From: Gemmata obscuriglobus
Lineage (GTDB): Bacteria; Planctomycetota; Planctomycetia; Gemmatales; Gemmataceae
Direction: 5' to 3'
Length of the DNA stretch: 32,000 nt
Assembly: GCF_008065095.1 (NCBI RefSeq)
Contig: NZ_CP042911.1
Span: forward strand, 6,420,001 to 6,452,000
How positions within the stretch are numbered: position 1 is the stretch's first letter; the number at the start of each line of letters is the position of its first letter. Both the position numbers and the translations under genes were made by a program. Shown here piece after piece: positions 27,768 through 32,000 of the stretch. The notes beneath the pieces are model-generated. The model made no database searches. It was not told the origin of the DNA and saw only the letters and a program-made list of their open reading frames with translations.

Positions 27768-28579
27768 GCCCTCCCCTTCCCGATCCGGTTCCGCGCTCGG
27801 ATCGGATCTTCTACCTCGCGCTCGGGTTGCTCGGCGGGTCGTACGTCGCGATCATTGTGGCACTCCTCGCGGCCGACCTCGCGCGCACCTCAACGGGCGA
27901 CATCGGCCGCGCGTTCCAGTCGCCACAGATCCGCAGCGCCGTGGGCTTGAGCCTCCTGAGTTGCTCTGCGGCGGCAATCATTTCGGTGTGGGTCGGGGTG
28001 CCACTCGGCTATCTGCTATCGCGCACCCGGTTCTGGGGCCGCGGCGCGGTCGACCTGCTCCTTGATGTGCCGATCCTGCTACCGCCACTGGTCGTCGGGC
28101 TGAGCCTGCTCATCCTGTTCCAGACCGCGCCGGGTGCGTGGTTCCAAACGCACGTCTTTGCAGTCACCTACGCGGTGCCGGGGGTGGTGTTGGCACAGGT
28201 GGCGGTGGCGGCCGCGTTCGCGGCGCGCACGATGCGCACCACGTTCGATCAGATCGACCCGCGGGCGGAACAGATCGCCCTGACCCTCGGCTGCCGACGG
28301 GCACAAGCCTTCTGGCGGGTTACGCTCCCCGAAGCCCGGCGCGGGGTGCTGACCGCGTTCACCCTCGCCTGGGCGCGGGCGCTCGGCGAGTTCGGCCCCA
28401 TCCTGGTGTTCTGCGGGGCCACCCGGATGCGGACCGAGGTGCTTTCAACGAGCGTGTTTCTGGAACTGAGTGTGGGGAACTTGGAAGCCGCCCTTGCGGT
28501 ATCGCTGCTCATGATCGCGGTCGCCGTCGGCGTACTCGCGCTCACCCGCGCGTTCGGCCTTCGTGTTCAAGGGGGATGA
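27764..28579 (+). CDS. modB: Molybdate-type ABC transporter permease
   Basis: GTG at 27764 overlaps the modA TGA (GTGA), with GGAGG at 27751-27755. Contains multiple TM helices and the EAA-loop-like LGCRRAQAFWRVTLPEARRGVLTAFTLAWARALGEFG. The upstream part of the ORF-track product (from 27518) overlaps modA. Confidence 0.8.
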   Translation: MSPPLPDPVPRSDRIFYLALGLLGGSYVAIIVALLAADLARTSTGDIGRAFQSPQIRSAVGLSLLSCSAAAIISVWVGVPLGYLLSRTRFWGRGAVDLLLDVPILLPPLVVGLSLLILFQTAPGAWFQTHVFAVTYAVPGVVLAQVAVAAAFAARTMRTTFDQIDPRAEQIALTLGCRRAQAFWRVTLPEARRGVLTAFTLAWARALGEFGPILVFCGATRMRTEVLSTSVFLELSVGNLEAALAVSLLMIAVAVGVLALTRAFGLRVQGG

Positions 28580-28612
28580 GAGAAGCGACCTTCAGAGCGG
28601 CCGCCCGCCGCC

Positions 28613-29035
28613 TCACACCGGGACGGTGCGAGCGTACTCTTTCGCCATCAGCGGCGACGTGAGCAAGTGGTCGGCCGTCGCCTCGTTGCACGCAACGGGA
28701 ATGTTCCACACCACCGCCACGCGAATGAGCGCCTTCACGTCCGGGTCGTGCGGCTGCGCTTCCAGCGGGTCCCAGAAGAAAATGAGCGCGTCGAGCTTCA
28801 GTTCCGCGATGAACGCGCCGATTTGCTGGTCGCCCCCGAGCGGGCCGGACAGGAACCGGTGAACCGGGAGCCCGAGTTTCTCGGCCACGAGTTTGCCCGT
28901 CGTGCCGGTGCCGAACAGTTCGTGCGCGGCGAGCAGGTCGCGCCGCGCCGCCACCCAGGTCAGCAGTTCGGGCTTCTTGTTGTCGTGCGCAACGATCGCG
29001 ATGCGCTTGCGGGCCGGGACGGTTACCGTGGGCAT
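28613..29035 (-). CDS. mgsA: Methylglyoxal synthase
   Basis: [56 protein letters not shown] are canonical MgsA motifs. 140 aa. Confidence 0.9.
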   Translation of the reverse strand: MPTVTVPARKRIAIVAHDNKKPELLTWVAARRDLLAAHELFGTGTTGKLVAEKLGLPVHRFLSGPLGGDQQIGAFIAELKLDALIFFWDPLEAQPHDPDVKALIRVAVVWNIPVACNEATADHLLTSPLMAKEYARTVPV

Positions 29036-29120
29036 CCGACTGGCTCCGTGAGCGGGCGGGACGAGCGCGGGGCTATTGTTTATCTCGGGGCCGCTTCGCT
29101 CCGGTGGAGTCGAACGCTCG

Positions 29121-31244
29121 TTACTCTCCCAACAGTTGCTTCAGCACCGACGCCGGCGCCTCCGCGTAGCTGTGCGGCTCCATACTCATTGCGGCTCGGC
29201 CCTGACTCAGGCTACGAACCTCGTTGGCGTACGTGAACAGTTCCGACAGCGGCACCGTCGCGACCACTTCCGCCATGTCGCCCGCCGAACCGGTGTCCTG
29301 CGACTCGATCTGTGCCCGCCGCCGCGCCATGTCGCCGGTGATATTGCCCACGAACGAGAGCGGGGTCGACACCGTCACCTTCATGATCGGTTCGAGCAGT
29401 TGCACGTTCCCCTCGGTCGCCTGCCGGTAGGCGCGGACCGCGGCGTTAATGAACGCGTCTTCAGTCGAGAGCTGCGGGTCGAACTTGGCATCAATGATGC
29501 GCGCCTGGGCGTTCATCATGGGGTAACCCATTTCGCCGGTCTGGAGCAGGTCCGCCAGCGTCTTCTCGGCGGCCGCCAGGAGCGCGACCGGCGTCGGGTT
29601 CTCGGCCGGCACCGCGTTGAACACGCCCACCGGCTTCTCGGTCTTGAAGTTGGTGAACGACACCTTCAGCTCCGCGAACGCGGGCTTGTCGCCGAGCCGG
29701 TCCACCTTGATGTCAACCGAGCGCGGATCCTTCAGCATCTCGCGGTAGCTCACGCGCGGCTTGCCCGCCCGCACCTTCAGGCGGAAATCGCGCTCGAGCC
29801 GGTGCCGCTTCACCTCCAGATGAAGCGTCCCCATCCCGCTCATCAGCGTCTGGCCGGTGTCCTTGTCGGCCCGCACCTTGAACGTCGGGTCTTCGAGCTG
29901 CAGCACCTCCAGCGCCAGCGCCAGCTTGTCCTTGTCCCCGCCGCTCTCGGGCTCGATCGACTGGCTGACCACCGCTTCCGCGAACGTGATCGCTTCCAAC
30001 AAGATCGGGTGCGAGGTCTCGCAGAGCGTGTCACCGGTCACGGTGTCTTTCAGCCCGACGACGCACACGATGTCGCCCGCGGGGCCGGACTCCACCTCTT
30101 CGAGCCCGCGCGCCGGGTCCGCGTGCACGTGGAACAGCTTCGCGACGTTCTCCTTCGCGTCCTTGCCAGGATTGAACGCCCGCATGTTGGGCTTCATCAC
30201 CCCGGAGTACACCCGCACGAAGAACCGGTTGCCGCTCGGGTGCCACGCGGCCTTAAACACGAGGCCGCAGAACGGCTCCTTCGGGTCCGGCTTCCGCTTC
30301 TGCTCCTTCTTCCCTTTGGGGTCGGTGCCCGTCACCGGCGGCCGATCGAACGGGCTCGGCAGGTACAGCGTTACCGCGTCGAGCAGCGGTTGGATGCCGA
30401 TGTGTTCGCGCCCGCTCCCGGCCAGAACGGGGTAAATCTTGCGCGCGAGGCACTGTTCGCGCACCAGTTGCCGCACCTTCACGGGATCGGGGTCTTTGCC
30501 GTCCAACACGACCGAGGTGATCAGGTCCTTCTCGTCGTGAGCGGTGAGCGCGTCGAACAGCTTCTCGCGGTACTCCTGGGCTTCAAGCAGGCTGTCTTCG
30601 GGAATGTCGGCGACGCGCACCGTTTTGCCCAGATCGCCCGCGTCGAAGAACTTCGCCTTCATCTCGATGAGGTCGATCACCCCGCCGAACGGCGTGCGGC
30701 TGTCCGCCGGCCCCCCGCTCCCGATGGGAATGACGATCGGGACCGGGCGCCCCTGCTCTTCGGGGTTCGGGGTGAGCCGGGAGTTGACCGACTCCAGGGT
30801 GCGTGCGAAGTTCGCCCCGACCACGTCCATCTTGTTGACGAACACGAGCCGCGGCACGCCGTACCGGTTCGCCTGGCGCCACACGGTTTCGGACTGCGCC
30901 TCCACGCCCTTCTGCCCGTCGAACACCACCACCGCGCCGTCGAGCACGCGGAGCGAGCGCTCCACCTCGGCGGTGAAGTCCACGTGCCCGGGGGTGTCGA
31001 TCAGGTTGATCGTGTGGCCGGCCCACTCGAACGGCACGCACGCCGAGTAAATCGTGATCCCGCGGGCCTGCTCTTCGGGGTCGTAGTCGGTGTCCGTCGT
31101 GCCCTCGTCCACGCCGCCGAGTTTGTGTTTGGCGGCGGCGTAGAACAGCAGGTGTTCTGTGGTGGTGGTTTTGCCCGCGTCGATGTGCGCGATGACCCCG
31201 AGGTTTCGGACGCGGGTCAGGTCGAATCCCTTATCTTTGGCCAT
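29121..31244 (-). CDS. fusA: Translation elongation factor G
   Basis: [26 protein letters not shown] and NKMD are the GTPase G1/G3/G4 motifs, and EF-G domains II-V follow through the 707-aa product. Located downstream of rpsG as in the str operon. Confidence 0.95.
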   Translation of the reverse strand: MAKDKGFDLTRVRNLGVIAHIDAGKTTTTEHLLFYAAAKHKLGGVDEGTTDTDYDPEEQARGITIYSACVPFEWAGHTINLIDTPGHVDFTAEVERSLRVLDGAVVVFDGQKGVEAQSETVWRQANRYGVPRLVFVNKMDVVGANFARTLESVNSRLTPNPEEQGRPVPIVIPIGSGGPADSRTPFGGVIDLIEMKAKFFDAGDLGKTVRVADIPEDSLLEAQEYREKLFDALTAHDEKDLITSVVLDGKDPDPVKVRQLVREQCLARKIYPVLAGSGREHIGIQPLLDAVTLYLPSPFDRPPVTGTDPKGKKEQKRKPDPKEPFCGLVFKAAWHPSGNRFFVRVYSGVMKPNMRAFNPGKDAKENVAKLFHVHADPARGLEEVESGPAGDIVCVVGLKDTVTGDTLCETSHPILLEAITFAEAVVSQSIEPESGGDKDKLALALEVLQLEDPTFKVRADKDTGQTLMSGMGTLHLEVKRHRLERDFRLKVRAGKPRVSYREMLKDPRSVDIKVDRLGDKPAFAELKVSFTNFKTEKPVGVFNAVPAENPTPVALLAAAEKTLADLLQTGEMGYPMMNAQARIIDAKFDPQLSTEDAFINAAVRAYRQATEGNVQLLEPIMKVTVSTPLSFVGNITGDMARRRAQIESQDTGSAGDMAEVVATVPLSELFTYANEVRSLSQGRAAMSMEPHSYAEAPASVLKQLLGE

Positions 31245-31413
31245 CGCAGCACCGGGGGTCGGGTATCAGGTCTCAGGGGTCAGTTTACGGGCTCCGCACT
31301 CCGGATCGAAACGCCGGCGAGCCAGCGCGGACGGGCGGACAAAAGGAAAGTGGCCAGTAACCGGCGCCGGGTTCGGCACGGGTCACTGACCACCGAGTGT
31401 TGATCGCGTGTAA

Positions 31414-31890
31414 TTACCAGGCGAAGTGGCTGAACGCCTTGTTGGCTTCGGCCATCTTGATGGTCTGCTCGCGCTTCGCCATCGCCTCGCCCTGGCGCTG
31501 GTAGGCCGCCATCAGCTCTTCCGCGAGGCGCAGGTACGTCGGCCGGCCGGACTTGGCGCGGATCGCGGCCAAGATCCAGCGGATCGCGAGGCTCTCGGCC
31601 CGCTTCGGCTTCACCTGCATCGGCACCTGGTAGTTCGCACCACCGACGCGCCGGGACCGCACTTCCAGCGTCGGCTTGATGTTGTTGAGCGCCTCGGTGA
31701 ACACCTGGATCGGGTCGGCGTCCGGCATGCGCTTCTTGATCTGGTCGAGCGCGTCGTAGACGACGCGAGTGGCGACGGACTTCTTACCGTCGCGCATCAG
31801 GCAGTTGATGAACTTGCTCAGGAAGAGGGACCCGTAGCGGGTGTCCGGAGCGAGCTTCGTGTAGCTGGCGGTGCGAGTTTTGGAGCCCAT
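31414..31890 (-). CDS. rpsG: 30S ribosomal protein S7
   Basis: LSKFINCLMRDGKKSVATRVVYDAL, VEVRSRRVGGANYQVP, and the C-terminal ...ANKAFSHFAW. 158 aa, upstream of fusA. Confidence 0.95.
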   Translation of the reverse strand: MGSKTRTASYTKLAPDTRYGSLFLSKFINCLMRDGKKSVATRVVYDALDQIKKRMPDADPIQVFTEALNNIKPTLEVRSRRVGGANYQVPMQVKPKRAESLAIRWILAAIRAKSGRPTYLRLAEELMAAYQRQGEAMAKREQTIKMAEANKAFSHFAW

Positions 31891-32000
31891 TGTTCGTCAG
31901 TCTCAAGTCGTAAGGTCAAAAAGCCGTAAAGTCGTGAACCGAAAGGTTGTCGTCGACTCAACGACCGGTTTGTGTCCCTGCCGTCTTCTGTCAGCCGCAA

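Noticed and set aside
31891-32000. Possible 3' end of rpsL (S12) upstream of rpsG at the window edge
   Set aside because: None of the three minus-strand frames in the last 110 nt gives a recognisable S12 C-terminus. The in-window ORF 31818-32000 overlaps rpsG out of frame. A call cannot be supported from this fragment.

Overview
High-GC (about two-thirds G+C by eye) bacterial chromosomal window. The gene content looks like Planctomycetota, probably Gemmataceae-like; this is an inference from three things: a DUF1559 'prepilin-like' protein, several Tat-signal Gfo/Idh/MocA oxidoreductases, and archaeal-type tetrahydromethanopterin (H4MPT) C1 genes. I support about 27 protein-coding genes.

Gene order:
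- Partial enolase-superfamily enzyme.
- Interrupted DUF1559 gene.
- Plant-type glutamate-cysteine ligase.
- Divergent HxlR/AzoR pair.
- Two Tat-exported Gfo/Idh/MocA oxidoreductases and a Tat-exported TIM-barrel isomerase.
- ApbE.
- FGE/SUMF1-type protein.
- Six-gene minus-strand operon with overlapping stop/start codons: giant membrane spermidine-synthase-like protein, ATP-grasp, mch, RimK-type ATP-grasp, CitG-like, PTPS-like.
- Small secreted protein.
- prkA.
- Plus-strand run of radical-SAM, DoxX-like, unknown protein, modA and modB.
- mgsA, fusA and rpsG.

No rRNA, tRNA, transposase or cas gene is visible.

The most unusual region is a 1.5-kb ORF-free gap (19915-21428). It holds five tandem composite repeat units with a period of about 160-180 nt. 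Each unit has three conserved blocks separated by variable inserts of fixed length (about 30 nt). I cannot assign it to any known RNA or repeat class.

Other points of interest:
- A 178-aa tandem-repeat insertion inside the Rossmann fold of the spermidine-synthase-like protein.
- An in-frame TGA in the DUF1559 gene.
- A roughly 50-bp-stem palindrome between convergent genes.
- A low-GC 490-nt leader ending in a textbook intrinsic terminator just upstream of an oxidoreductase gene.

All coordinates were hand-counted from the sequence.
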